64,000 nt of DNA from Cyanidioschyzon merolae (taxonomy: Eukaryota): assembly GCA_000091205.1 (NCBI GenBank), contig AP006502.2. One strand, given 5' to 3'. Below are positions 22,543 through 34,262 of this stretch, piece by piece (the first letter of the stretch is position 1; each line of letters opens with the position of its first letter). The translations under genes and the position numbers were made by a program. Below the pieces are notes generated by a model that ran no database searches, was not told the DNA's origin, and worked only from the letters and a program-made list of their open reading frames with translations.

Positions 22543-23193
22543 ATGACTTTGGAGCCGAACGCCAATAAACGTCAGCGAGCACAAGAGCAGGTTCGGAGAG
22601 CCAGGCTTCGCGATTTTCTTGAGTCTCTAGAACGCGACAACTGGGAGGACACCAGTAGTGACGATGGCTATGACAGTGAGCTGCAGGAGGGAGAACTTGT
22701 CGCAGAGACGTCGCTATCGTTTCCAACCGCTGCGTTACCTGTCAATGCTTTAACAGGAACAACGCACAGAGTTCCGGACTCACAGCAGGTACGTCAGCGA
22801 CGTAAACGGAGAGATTCGCGCGCTGAAATCGATTCGGAGAGAGCGAGTAACTCCGGAGGCGCTGTGGCTGATCAACGGACTATGGAGTCAACGCCGACCA
22901 GCGACCTCGATTCACAGTTAGGAAACGGGCCGAGACGCCCGCCTTGGAAGCTATCTCATTTGGTGCGTCTCAACTATCGGTATGCATGGTTAGCACAACG
23001 CGGATCGCTGGAAGGGTGGCTCTACTTCACCAGTGCACCGGCGACGGCAAGCGCTAGGCCAGCACGACACCTGTGTGATGTGTGCGGCTTCGGGGCGTGT
23101 TACACATGCCCTCGATGCGGCGGCTTTACGTGCAGTCTAGCATGCACGAGGACGCACAGAGAGACCCGGTGTTTACGTACATGGCAAACATGA
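22543..23193 (+). CDS. zf-HIT zinc-finger protein
   Basis: C-terminal 'CDVCGFGACYTCPRCGGFTCSLACTRTHRE' fits the HIT finger Cx2Cx(n)CPxCx4CSx2Cx3H. ATG start. Confidence 0.6.
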   Translation: MTLEPNANKRQRAQEQVRRARLRDFLESLERDNWEDTSSDDGYDSELQEGELVAETSLSFPTAALPVNALTGTTHRVPDSQQVRQRRKRRDSRAEIDSERASNSGGAVADQRTMESTPTSDLDSQLGNGPRRPPWKLSHLVRLNYRYAWLAQRGSLEGWLYFTSAPATASARPARHLCDVCGFGACYTCPRCGGFTCSLACTRTHRETRCLRTWQT

Positions 23194-26100
23194 CACGTGC
23201 ATCTGATGTCGCAGCTCCGAAGCGGACCGCATGACCGCTGCGGAACGAAGTCTCGAAGCAGCGTTCTTCGTGGATCATGTTCGGCGGGCAAGCGGATTGC
23301 CCAACATGAATCCTGTCCACAATCAATATAAATAACAGGTTCGGAAAGATGACATGCTCCAGGTATCATCCCAAGTAACCGGCTTTGTAGCCCGTTAGTG
23401 CAGTGTGCTCGCGGATGATTGTGCGCTGGCGTATGGAATGCTGGAACACCATGATCGTCCACTCTTCCGCCGAGAAAGGCGTTATCGCTGTAAATATACG
23501 GAGCTCTGGCTTTGCTGGATTGCTGAAATATACCACACCAGTGCTTTAACCCAGGGAAGCATGAAATTCCATAACTGACATTGTCTGGATGTTTCATCGA
23601 AAGTCTGCAGCGTTTCAGCAAAATGCCCGCACAGAGTGCTCGACAACTTGCTCGACAGAAAGCCGCCAGACGCTCCGAAATTAGTCCTCATTTGCTGGAT
23701 GTTGATCCAGGCTTTCGGGTCTCGGCGACGAACGCTTTTAAGCGCGCATTGCTCCACGTGGAATCGCACAAGAGCAAGCCGCTCACTGTCCATGGCCTCG
23801 CCTGATGACGTTCGTTCAGCATACAATACTTAATCTCATGCGACTGCATCTGTTGCACGCTCTTGCTCTCTCCCTGTTTCAGCGTGCAGTGATGCGCGCA
23901 ATGCATGAATGTCATCCCGAATGCATCGATAGGAATCGTGTAACATCTATTCCTGCACTCGTCGAGCACGCTCTTCCGCGTAGCCGGACTGCAGAGCATG
24001 CGCGTTACGGCTTGTGTACAGCAATAGACTACCATCAAAGGACGCTACTTGCGGGCCCTTTCCTTCTCCAACCCATTGAACATGTTTGCGAACACCAGCA
24101 TCCTGCCTCTGTCCAACCGAAACCGGCGGCAGCGCCAGGGCAGTCTCAGGTACCGCCGATGACCGTCTGCGTAAGCCATTTGGACGCTCATGTAGTATCT
24201 GCTTGAATCTTATGACTGGGCGCTTTCTGCTCAATGCAGTACTCAAAGCGTCAAAACGGGTCAAATTGCCGCCATTCCGCTTGATAGTATGCCTCGCTGC
24301 GTACGTCACGCCAGGCTCTCGATCATACGGATCCCTGGGAAATTTGAGCAGCAGAACCTGCTTTCCGTCCGTGTCTCTGGCTCCATCCCTTTGATAACGA
24401 GGTACAGCGACGGCCATGACGTTCGTAGACCAGGGATCCGAAGCCATCACGAAGTCTGTCTCATCATCTGTGGTGAACGGATGACAGTGGGTCTTTTTGC
24501 ACGAACTGGGCGAAGGATTTCACAAAGTGCATGTAGATCGATATTCCGCCGATCTCCACCGTCCATGCAAACCGCTTTCGATTCCTTCGAAGTACATGAG
24601 AAACCTTGAACGAGCGCCGCCAATGCGCTTCGCGAGGTGTTTCAAACGCTTCATTCTTGCGTGCAGAGACCAGCCGTTTTTCGATGAGAAGGCTACCTAG
24701 TACACTCGAGAAATGTCTGCGGTAAATCATGGACAAAGACAGAACACAGCTGGACCACATCAAATACTAGCTTGACGAGGCGACGGCACTCGCATCCGCG
24801 GACGACATCTGCTATGTCCTGGAGGGTTCTGTTGTGGATAGCGCCGTAGCGCATGCTCCAAAACAGACAGGGATCAGTTTTCAAGCATCCTTTGGATTCC
24901 AATTCCGCCATTCCGAGACCTGTACCAATACAATCAGCCCTGACGAGCAGAGGCGACGGTTGCGCTTGATGCTCAAGCTCGTCAACCCCACGAGCTCAGC
25001 ATTCGCATGCATTGACTCCTCAGGAATCCCCACGATCAGCACCCACTTTTCTGAGCCAGAACGATGAGGGTATCGGTGGGAAAACGTCCACTGGGTTCAT
25101 CTCACCAAGCGCTCGAGACTGACCGGCATGCACTTTCTGAGTTTGGTTCAATACCTTTTTGGCATATGTGCTGTGGATCCCCCGATCGCCCAGATGGCAC
25201 TGCGACGCATCAGGGTATTCTTGCACACGTCTGTGCAAATGCCGGATGCCACGATGCGGCCGTACTGCATCTTCTGTACCGAATATCAGTTCTTTTGTCG
25301 CATCGGGTTATGATCGAAAAGCTCTAGAGGAAAGTAGACAGCTGGCAGCCGTGCGTACGGAACTCCTTAGGCAGCTGGTTGACGAGGTGTATCAACTGGA
25401 AGGAAGCTTGGCGAAAATCCATCGTATTAGAAGCTACTCGATCTTGAACGGCGTCCTGCAACTTACAGTTTCATGGATGCGAATGACTCGCCTACTGGGC
25501 CAAGAACGTAGAAATGGCTTTTGAAAACAGAGACGACGCTTTCAGCTGGACTGGACCCGGCAGAATCGGCTGGCACAATGAGCAGATCAGCGAGAATCTC
25601 AGTTGCTTATTTCCTGACCGCTATTGATTGATGCAAAGCGATGTTGTCTAAGTACGGGATAGAGCAATATGAGAAGAAGAAGCCACGAAGAGAGCGGTGA
25701 CACGACGCATAAGGGGTTTTGAGCGATCCTCTCTGATTGTAGGACTGGAGGCGACCATGCGATAGCGTCGTCGCTGGGGCTAATGTTCTCGGCCTTGTCA
25801 CTACTCTCGTCTGTACGGATGGTGGTTCGCCCCTTTTCCAGTACCCATATACAGGTCTAATGCTTCACTCGAATAAATTCACGTCGAGTGCGATGTGCAC
25901 CAGCCCCCTTCTGATGTAAGCGTTCGCTCTTCCGTAGGGAATCGATATGGTGTTTTTCGACGCGCTACGGGTTCACATATAAACGTGCTTTTCTTGTCCA
26001 TCCGTGTCTTTTCGTCGCTGTTCAAATCAGCGATGCGAGAACTTCACATCCCGAACTGGAATTTATTCGTATTTCGTAGAGAACGCATGGGATGAAATGG

Positions 26101-26760
26101 ATTCACGAGGAGATGGTAGTGTGAATGGAGTACGACAAACTTTGCTTTGGGCGCAAGACGTTCAAAAAAAGGACCTTAAAAGGGCGAATCATCCATCTTC
26201 GGACCGAACAATGACTGGCTTTTGGAGGCTAGTACGTTTTTTCGCAAGCTAGCGGCAACAACAGCAAACAGGTATTCCGCCACGGTTCTCGCATATCCAG
26301 GATGCATTCCAGTAGTCGAAACCGTGCGAGAAAAACAAACAAAAACAAAAAGGGCAACTGACACCAGCATCCGAATTGTCTCTGCTCTGGATGTAACGAA
26401 ACAATCGGTGATAGCGAACTGTTCTGGGTATCTGGATTCAGAGACGTGCATTCCGCCCTGAAAAGCAGAGCGACGCTCGTCGGAGAACTTTGCACTGAGG
26501 AGTTGTCCTTCGAAGGCACGTTGGAGTGACGCGCTCACCAGTCAAGGCATTTAAGGGTCAGATCGGAAACTCCAACACTATTCAAGCGTCTGGGCGCCCG
26601 ATGGCCAAGCAGAGGCTTCCACCACTAGCCATTCGTGCAAGAAGGCCCTCGTTTTCGAGTTCAGTCCAGAGCATCCCGAGCCGGGCGACGACGCCGTAGG
26701 AAAATCTCGCGCTGAGCAAGCAATGTAGCGTTGCTGCGCATTCGTGACAGTAAAGGTGTC

Positions 26761-26850
26761 CCCACACCCAAATGCAGACTCGAACACACACACACATACA
26801 CGCGCGCACGCACGCGCATATACATGTATAGGCACGCACGCGCATGTTTC
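26761..26850. repeat. CA/CG-rich alternating purine-pyrimidine tract
   Basis: Direct reading: acacacacacacatacacgcgcgcacgcacgcgcatatacatgtataggcacgcacgcgcatg. Confidence 0.8.
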
Positions 26851-26943
26851 CCGAAGAAGCGAAGGAGTCACACTCCTTTCGCGAGCGCTGGTGCCTTTCG
26901 CCTGAAACTTGAAACCGCATACCCGGGGCACCACCGCAGCTTT

Positions 26944-28839
26944 CTAGGGGCTGCCAGAGGAAGTGTCCATCCGGACGGCCTGTGTGTCAGTGGTCTCTGA
27001 ATCCGACAATTCACCTCTGTTCGAGCGCTCCGAGCCGCCGTCTTCATCGTTATCATCGCCAAAAATCTGTTGAAAGAGACGCGCGTAGCGTTCTCCCTCC
27101 GCTCCAAGTACTTCCTTCAACTGCGCCGTGCTCTCCAAGAAGTCCTGCACGTTGAAACCCAGTTGTGTGCAGAGCGTACGCAAGGCGCGCTTATCCTCGC
27201 GCGTGATGTTTCCCTCTTTCACCATTTTCTCAATATCGTAGAGGATGCGCATCATACCAACCTCCGAACGTATACGTTCCGCGATCTCTGGGGTAAGCAA
27301 ACCCTCCAGCAATTTCATCAGATCCTGGAGATAGGTCTCGTCTACAGAGGCATTGGGATTCGAAAAGGTTGCTGATACCGCCATTTGAAACACAAATCGA
27401 GCCGCTTCGTCCTTGATGCTAGTCGCAGAGGCTTCGTCAATGCGTAGGATACGTTCTAAAATAGCGAGCGAGCTCATGGTTTTCTCCAGGCGGCTCAGAT
27501 CGACTGGACCTGCCTCTCGTTCATCGGTGGGCTGTTCTTGCATCAAGGCCCGTATGACATACCGCCGATAGAGATCCTGGACGTCTTGGCGATTGCGTTG
27601 ACGTCCAGCGTAACGGAGTCGCTGCGCAAACGGCATCGACTTCGATGTCCAAGTAGGAGATGCCGCTTCCGCTTCTGCCGGGGGCAATGCTGTCGCAAGC
27701 ATGTCGCAGCGATAAACGACTTGCAAAAGCTTCTGCATGCCAAAATCCGATGCAGCGAATGTCTGCGACTGTCTGCGCATCTCTTCAATGGCATTCGATA
27801 TAATCCGTGTGATGGAGCCATTCGAGACCGCCAACAATCTGTCCTGTGTCCACTGTTCGTCCTGGAGCGCCTTCCGGAGCGATTCAGTCAAGTCCACCTC
27901 GGATGACTCCGACTCTGTGGCATCCTCGGAGAGAAAGCGATGGATGCGATACTCGAGCGAGTCTGATGGAAACGTGCTGCCGTCGAGCATAACCACATCA
28001 GGTTTTGTGGATAGGTCAACACGTAGACGCCCTGCGAGATCGGCCCTGTCGTGAATGCGCTTCGCAACGGCACTAGGGTCTGCAGTCGATGGTCTATTCT
28101 GTTCTACGGTATCTGAACTCAGTTCAAAACTAGAATCCGTGTCTTCGAGTTCGACATCATCGGGGTCTGGTCCGCCACCGAGGTCCTGAAGCGTCGTTTT
28201 GAGAAATTCCTCGAATTCTGCGGCACGTCGCCGCTGCCGGTGCCGCAAGTACCATGCCACGCCGCCACCGGTTCCACCAATCAGTAACGCGCCCGGAACA
28301 ACTACACGTGTAGTACGATGTACTAATGCTTGTCGCTGCTTCCGACGGGCCAAAGACTCTTGGTATGCTCGTTCTGAAGGTAAAACCAAACGCCTTCGCC
28401 CGGTTTGCTCTCGACTTTTCTCTCTCGTGCCACTTCGAGCAAGCGTCTGCCTGTCTCCGGAACGAGCGTGCACGGTTTGTGCGAGCGCTTGCACGCTCGG
28501 TGCACTGCTGATGGACCAGCACGCAGTGAGGACGACAAGCAGCGCGACGCGTTTCCACTGCGCCTGACGGGCTTCCAGTGCTGCTGGTTCCTTCTGGTCT
28601 GGAACAATCCACTCATTGTTGCCGTTCTTAGGGTACTCGTTACAGTCAGCAGCAGAAGAGGTCCCGCTGTGACGCTCGTAACCGCCTGACCCCGTAACAG
28701 CCACGAGAGCGACCGCCTGCGCTGGTGGGTGTGCCGCTCGCCGCATCCACCGTGACCTCCAGCAACATTTTCGTGAAAAATGTGTGAAGCATGCGTTGCG
28801 TCTGAAAGAAGAAGAAGCCGACACGAAGTAAAGCAACAT
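26944..28839 (-). CDS. Hypothetical membrane protein, two hydrophobic helices near N-terminus
   Basis: 631-aa ORF with ATG start. Hydrophobic segments 'VALLVVLTACWSISSAP' and 'VVVPGALLIGGTGGGVAWYL'. No family recognised. Confidence 0.45.
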   Translation of the reverse strand: MLLYFVSASSSFRRNACFTHFSRKCCWRSRWMRRAAHPPAQAVALVAVTGSGGYERHSGTSSAADCNEYPKNGNNEWIVPDQKEPAALEARQAQWKRVALLVVLTACWSISSAPSVQALAQTVHARSGDRQTLARSGTREKSREQTGRRRLVLPSERAYQESLARRKQRQALVHRTTRVVVPGALLIGGTGGGVAWYLRHRQRRRAAEFEEFLKTTLQDLGGGPDPDDVELEDTDSSFELSSDTVEQNRPSTADPSAVAKRIHDRADLAGRLRVDLSTKPDVVMLDGSTFPSDSLEYRIHRFLSEDATESESSEVDLTESLRKALQDEQWTQDRLLAVSNGSITRIISNAIEEMRRQSQTFAASDFGMQKLLQVVYRCDMLATALPPAEAEAASPTWTSKSMPFAQRLRYAGRQRNRQDVQDLYRRYVIRALMQEQPTDEREAGPVDLSRLEKTMSSLAILERILRIDEASATSIKDEAARFVFQMAVSATFSNPNASVDETYLQDLMKLLEGLLTPEIAERIRSEVGMMRILYDIEKMVKEGNITREDKRALRTLCTQLGFNVQDFLESTAQLKEVLGAEGERYARLFQQIFGDDNDEDGGSERSNRGELSDSETTDTQAVRMDTSSGSP

Positions 28840-29813
28840 ACTTTACGTTTGTGGCGGAAGTTTCCCTGATCACGGCCCTTTTCGGGATGCAGGACGTCGC
28901 AGGTGTCGCGCAAGTTCGAACGTCGATTCGCGCACGAGTTGAACCGCCACGGGCGCCGGGTTACGGGCAGCCGACCTCCGCCTGCGTCAAGCCGGCGCCC
29001 GCAAGTCCATGGCGCAATCGTTCTCTTCTAGATTGCCGCACGGGGGGGGTCGTTGAACAGATTAGGCCTGAGCACTGAGGGCATACGCTAGACTAGATTG
29101 GGAGATGCCGAAAATCTGCGCAGGGAGTGGTGATCGGGCCCAGGATATCCAGCAGCGCCAGTGCGTTCGAGGGAGTGCATCGCTAGCGGAGCTATGCAGC
29201 GGCTTCGATGCTATTCGCTTTCGATCGTATGCACCCCGCAAGACGCGGAGAATTCGTCAGAGACACGTTCAGCGTGCGCGCCGCTGGTGAGCCGCTTCAG
29301 AGGCGGGTCCACGAGCGCACTACCTGTGTCTACTGGCTTGGGCTGTACCACAGGTCAGATAAAAGCGCAACATTGAACTGCTCAATCTGCTCCTGGCTGT
29401 CGAATTTTCCCGAAATTTTCTAAAAGCACACCCTCCACATTCCAAGTGCAGCAAGGTCTTACGGGTTCATGTATAGTTCCAGCATGCTCTGTCGTCATTT
29501 CAAAGGAACTCCTTCGCTGCTTGCCGCTGGAGTCCGTTTCCTCGCCGAAATCAAGATGATTTGGAACGTCCCTGAACAAGGGTATGTAACATCAGCGATA
29601 TCATCACAAGTTCACACGTTGAAGCTTCGACTCCTCTTTCCGTACTTCCAGCATGCCCATATCACGCATTCTTCATGCGTTTGCTCTTTCTGTTTTAAGG
29701 TAACTTGCGTGCGCAGCAATGCGCGAGGCTTGCTTGATGCGGCGAAAAGCTCGACGGCATTCGTTGACGACTTGTTCACGAGCTCTTGCCTAGGGTTCGC
29801 TGAACTTTTCAAC

Positions 29814-30455
29814 TCAAATAATCGGTTTCGTTCCAGAGTCAAATCCTCCCTGCTTTCTGTCCAGAGATGAAAGCGGATTCGACAGCAGCGGCATGGTACC
29901 TCTCACGTGATATGCTCCTGGTAGCTCCCGTCTCTTCAGTTTGCATGGAATGAGATCTTTGACTCCGACTTGAGTCATAGCAGTGATCGCTTTCTGTGAA
30001 GCATCCGTCATCGCGTTGTACGAAGAAAATCTAGAAGAATCGAAATTTCTCGACTTGTTCTGCAGTTGGGATTTCCCTCCGGATGCTCGGTTCATCGCGG
30101 GCAACATTGCGTTCCACGAATCCCTGATTGAATGGAACAGCGTGCGCTCGCGCGTGCACCAGATAGAGTACTCGTCGAGGGAATCCTCCAGAAGAAACCC
30201 GTGATCATGTAGAGCGGCATCGTGTGCGGAAACGGAGGAGAGCATCGAAAAGAGCCTTCTGTTCTCATGAAGGTCATGTACTGAGCTTTGCAGCGAGCAT
30301 TCATGCGCCACAGGCGAGTGTTCAGAGCTGGAGGTGGTGTCGCGGGCATATGAGAACACCTGACCACAGCCATGTGCCACCGTTGTGAGGCGCGTACCGA
30401 GGCTGTACACAAACAATATGAAACTGGAGAGCGACGCTTCGATCGCAGCTCCCAT
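29814..30455 (-). CDS. ORFan paralog family member B, the only copy with an ATG at the family start. Hydrophobic N-terminus (possible signal peptide or anchor)
   Basis: 'MGAAIEASLSSFILFVYSLGTRL..GQVF', 'DEYSIWCTRERTLFHSIRDSWNAMLPAM', 'KLKRRE'. ATG verified at 30453-30455. Confidence 0.5.
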   Translation of the reverse strand: MGAAIEASLSSFILFVYSLGTRLTTVAHGCGQVFSYARDTTSSSEHSPVAHECSLQSSVHDLHENRRLFSMLSSVSAHDAALHDHGFLLEDSLDEYSIWCTRERTLFHSIRDSWNAMLPAMNRASGGKSQLQNKSRNFDSSRFSSYNAMTDASQKAITAMTQVGVKDLIPCKLKRRELPGAYHVRGTMPLLSNPLSSLDRKQGGFDSGTKPII

Positions 30456-31506
30456 CTCTGAATGAAATGCGCCAACAAGTACCTGACGCTGCGAAATCGG
30501 GACATGAATGCCGCTATCAACATCGCTCGAATGCCGGCAACGGAACTATAGGTCCTGGGGAGACCGGCGTATTTCAAACTGGAGATAAGACACGGAAAAG
30601 TAACCAGTCTCAGAAGAAGCTCCCACGGTCTAATGTTGATTACAATTGTAAGAGTCCTAAACTTTACAGTGCAAGCGCGAGATAGCTGAGTGAACCCCTT
30701 TATTTTAGTCTGACATGCGTCTAGAGCCCGCACCAGAAATCGCTGTCCATACTCAGCGATTCAGTTCGGCAGCGGGTAAGCATCGCGAGTGTATCGAGGC
30801 GGTAAGTATTCTGTTTATCGAAAGGGCATGTACTTTGAACACTTGCTGTCTCGAATACAGTACGTCAGCATCATAGACAGCTTTCTCGTCTGCACCGTGC
30901 CGGCAACGTTTCCGAGCATCCCATTCAGATAGCACGGATCACCATATGAGCGGATGTCTTAGCACGACGTATAGCATCGGTTCATACACTATTATCGATT
31001 AGTACGAGAAACCATGCCACAGCGTCGCCGATTTTCCCGCCAGCGATGCTGCACGCACGGCGGAATGCGCACTGGTCGCATCCGATCTGGCTTCGAGAGT
31101 TTTTCAGCAGGTGCGATCAGCAGCAGCAACAGCAGCAGCCGATACTGTGCCCAGAGGCCTTTGACAGCTATTACAGACCCTTCTCTTGCGCTCGGGAAGG
31201 ATCGAGAACTTAATTCCGGAGATCAAGAGAAACGCTGGCGTCCATGGTCGCCCATTCGCCCGGAGCGGTGACAGCTAGCTGTCCCTCGAGATCGAGTAAG
31301 AGGCAGCATTCCTCAGCGAGGTGCTTGCTCGACCAGCATATCCGGGCATTGGACTTCAGTTCCCAGCGGATTCAAAGTCTTGTGCACTGCATGTCATTCT
31401 CCCGCACAGAGCCGAATTGGCGCGGCGTCAAGGCACCGGATTATGTCCTACGCATGCCCTGAAGCATGTATACGTGGACACGGCGCTGAAAAGAGCACCA
31501 AAGTAC

Positions 31507-32298
31507 TCAGTTGCCGCCCGACACGCTCGAGGGCATCCATCTCCAGGGCGCTTGCACCGAGCCGTCCAAGCGATGCAACCCAGTTGCAGAGCTGAACCAG
31601 GCCCAAAGCCATCCTCGTCCAAATGGCAGGAACGTTAATAGATACCATGCCAGCGCGCTGAGCTGAATCAGCACGAAGCACAGCGCGAGCAGCGCCAGAT
31701 GTCGCAAGCTCGTAACCAGTGCTAGTACGAGTGCTATCCCATACATAGCTGCAGCGGTCGCTCTTTCTGTAACGCTCAGTGCGCGTAGCTGAACCTGAAG
31801 AGGAACCACAAGCCACGTCGAGGTGATGAGCAGAACTTGTCCGAGACTGAATGCAAACGCAAACTTCTGAGGTCGCAGAATCAGCATCGGTAGCATCCCA
31901 ACCGAAAGAAACGAAACCACCACGCCGGTTCCAAATAGCATAGCGAAAAGTAGCAATCTCTGGCTCCGCGAACACTGACAAAGTTCCCTGAAGCCCCAGG
32001 CATCGTACTCCGTGGGTGCTGGCCCACTACTGTCAACAGTCGCTTCAACATCATAAGCGTGGCTGCCGTTTCCCTGGAACAGATCTCGAACCGAGGCCCA
32101 ACTGAAGTTTGGAACCGTGAGCGAGCTTTGAAGAGCGTACCACGGCGGCTCGCTAATTTCTGAGCTCGGCTCGCTGAAGGAGATAGAGCCCATCATACCC
32201 CGGGTGCACTGCCCCTGCTGGAGCAAGTGTCGGAAGAGGTCGCGCTTCGAAAAAAGAACGGCTGTTCTGGTGCGAATCGCTGGCAGCATGTCCAACAT
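31507..32298 (-). CDS. SFT2-domain (Got1/Sft2-like) vesicle transport protein with ~100-aa N-terminal extension
   Basis: Four hydrophobic helices. 'PQKFAFAFSLGQVLLITSTWLVVP...RATAAAMYGIALVLALV...ALAWYLLTFLPFG' matches the SFT2 domain pattern. ATG start. Confidence 0.6.
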   Translation of the reverse strand: MLDMLPAIRTRTAVLFSKRDLFRHLLQQGQCTRGMMGSISFSEPSSEISEPPWYALQSSLTVPNFSWASVRDLFQGNGSHAYDVEATVDSSGPAPTEYDAWGFRELCQCSRSQRLLLFAMLFGTGVVVSFLSVGMLPMLILRPQKFAFAFSLGQVLLITSTWLVVPLQVQLRALSVTERATAAAMYGIALVLALVTSLRHLALLALCFVLIQLSALAWYLLTFLPFGRGWLWAWFSSATGLHRLDGSVQAPWRWMPSSVSGGN

Positions 32299-33944
32299 GT
32301 ACCAAAATGGACCGCTTCCATTCTAGTTGTAGCGCTGGTGCACCCTTGTTGCACCACAGATACTGTTTGTGAAGCATTGAGAAATATTCCAGTGGAAATA
32401 TTTGACGCATTTGCGTAACTTGGCACTAGAATCACTTTGTAAATGTTTGTATTTTGGCAAACTGTCTTTCGGAGTATTGCGATTGATCACCTGATGTCGC
32501 TGCCGCCAGCATATCGGAAGCGCTCGGCCCGGGCTGGTAAAGCGCTGTCTTGAGCCGTCCATTGCTTCCAGGCGGTACTAGGAAGTGCTCTGTCTTGATG
32601 AACGGTCATCGAGCAGACGTCTACTTAGAGAGCCTGGTCGGTTTACCCCGCAGGCTCTGCTCATGGAATCGAGTTAAAGGTCTCTTCGACGCCTGATGCC
32701 GTCTCGCTCTTTGGAGGGCAAAGAGCGACAACGCAGTGGACGCGGTGTACGTTGTTTTTCCCTAGCCGAGACCCCCACTCGCTATCTCCAGGCTTGTAGC
32801 AGTGGCTTGAATCCACCGGGTCTACCACAGTTTTCACATACACGGCGCCCCGCGGTACGACATTACTGCCGCATACCCTCCTGAGTGAGGCGTGTGTAGA
32901 AGTATAGCGCGAGTGGATCCAGAGATCGCTGTTTCCACATATCTGGACCCCGGGAATCACGATAAAACGCTTTCGCACCGGAGTAGTGGTGCGCTTGCGT
33001 CCGTGAAGAGACGCACCAGGGTGCCGAACCCACACCACATGCCGCGGGATAGACGATTCTCACTAATCTTTACAAATGGAACACTCAGGATTTCTCATAA
33101 CTTGAAAACGGATGAGCGTGCACCAAGCATCTTCACTAATCCGAATCAAGGACTGCAGGCCTGCATTGCTGCACTCAGTCACGTGTTAAAGGGATTCCTT
33201 CTGGACGGCTTCCTGGGCACTGGGCACGCGACATTCTTCGGAAATACGCTTTTGAATCTCTACATCGTTGGAAATGTCTTGGACGAGAAGCATATCGTGC
33301 GTATCATCGGGGGCAAGGCGAGGCAAGAGACGCTCCTGCAAAAGAGGCGCGTTCGAGGCGAATTCACCAGCGGACACATAGCTGTGGTGCCGGCTGCTTG
33401 CCCATAGAAATCCCTCGGGCTGATCAGATGGCGGACGATGCCAGCATGCGCTGCCGCTGAGCGCCCGCCCCCCGCTACATACGATGGATCTGTAACGCTA
33501 CGCGTCGTCATGCTGCATGACATGTTTATCCTGCTGTTGCGAACCTAAATTCCGTGAATGCTACTCGTGCAGTAGTACTTTTCAAAACCATTGGCTGTTT
33601 CAGGCTATCTAACCACCACCTTGTGACCAGGATATTCGTGTCACGCTCTTTTCACAACCAGATTCAATCCAATTTTGCTGTGGTGCGCTATGGGCATGTG
33701 TCCGGTTCCTTTCACCAGCGATCCATATCGTGGCACAGTGTCCCAGATGTTGTGCTGCTCGCTTGGATTGCACTGTGTTGAACCTTACACCGAAGCTCAC
33801 CAGTGTGCAATACCGAGCGAGCAGCTCGTTCGGCAATATGCGCGCAGCGCACACTGTTCCTTTCCGTTCTTTCCGAACCCTGACTCCGTTGTGCATACTT
33901 CTTCTTCATTCAGTGCCAGGAATACTGAACTCCTCCAGAGCGCC

Positions 33945-34262
33945 TTATTCCAGCGTGTTTCGTAGACACGTACTTGCTGCCGACAACTCCGAGCTACACA
34001 CTGAGCTGTAATCCAGAAGATTGTCGATCACGCACTTGGCGGCGCTTACCACTTCGCCTCCACACCGCTTGACTGCGTCAACAACACTCAAAGTAACGTT
34101 CACAGGTATTCCGGCGGCAAGCTCTAGACAGTCAGGCAACACAGTCGTCAGATCTGTGTTGCACTGCGATAGGGTTGGCATGGCAGCCTCAGTGTGCCAC
34201 GCCAGGAGACTCAAACCGAGTATCGTTAAAAAAAGCAGAACATACGGATGAGCGGAACGCAT
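33945..34262 (-). CDS. Small secreted cysteine-containing protein (about 105 aa from internal ATG)
   Basis: N-terminal 'MRSAHPYVLLFLTILGLSLLAWHTEA' looks like a signal peptide. Mature part has 6 Cys. Track start at 34358 is GTG. Confidence 0.4.
   Translation of the reverse strand: MRSAHPYVLLFLTILGLSLLAWHTEAAMPTLSQCNTDLTTVLPDCLELAAGIPVNVTLSVVDAVKRCGGEVVSAAKCVIDNLLDYSSVCSSELSAASTCLRNTLE

Noticed and set aside
29983-30204. Plus-strand ORFs 21367-21897 and 29983-30204 sharing 'FHES..E.NSVRSRV' as a second conserved gene family
   Set aside because: They are the antisense translation of the conserved CTRERTLFHS core of the minus-strand family members.
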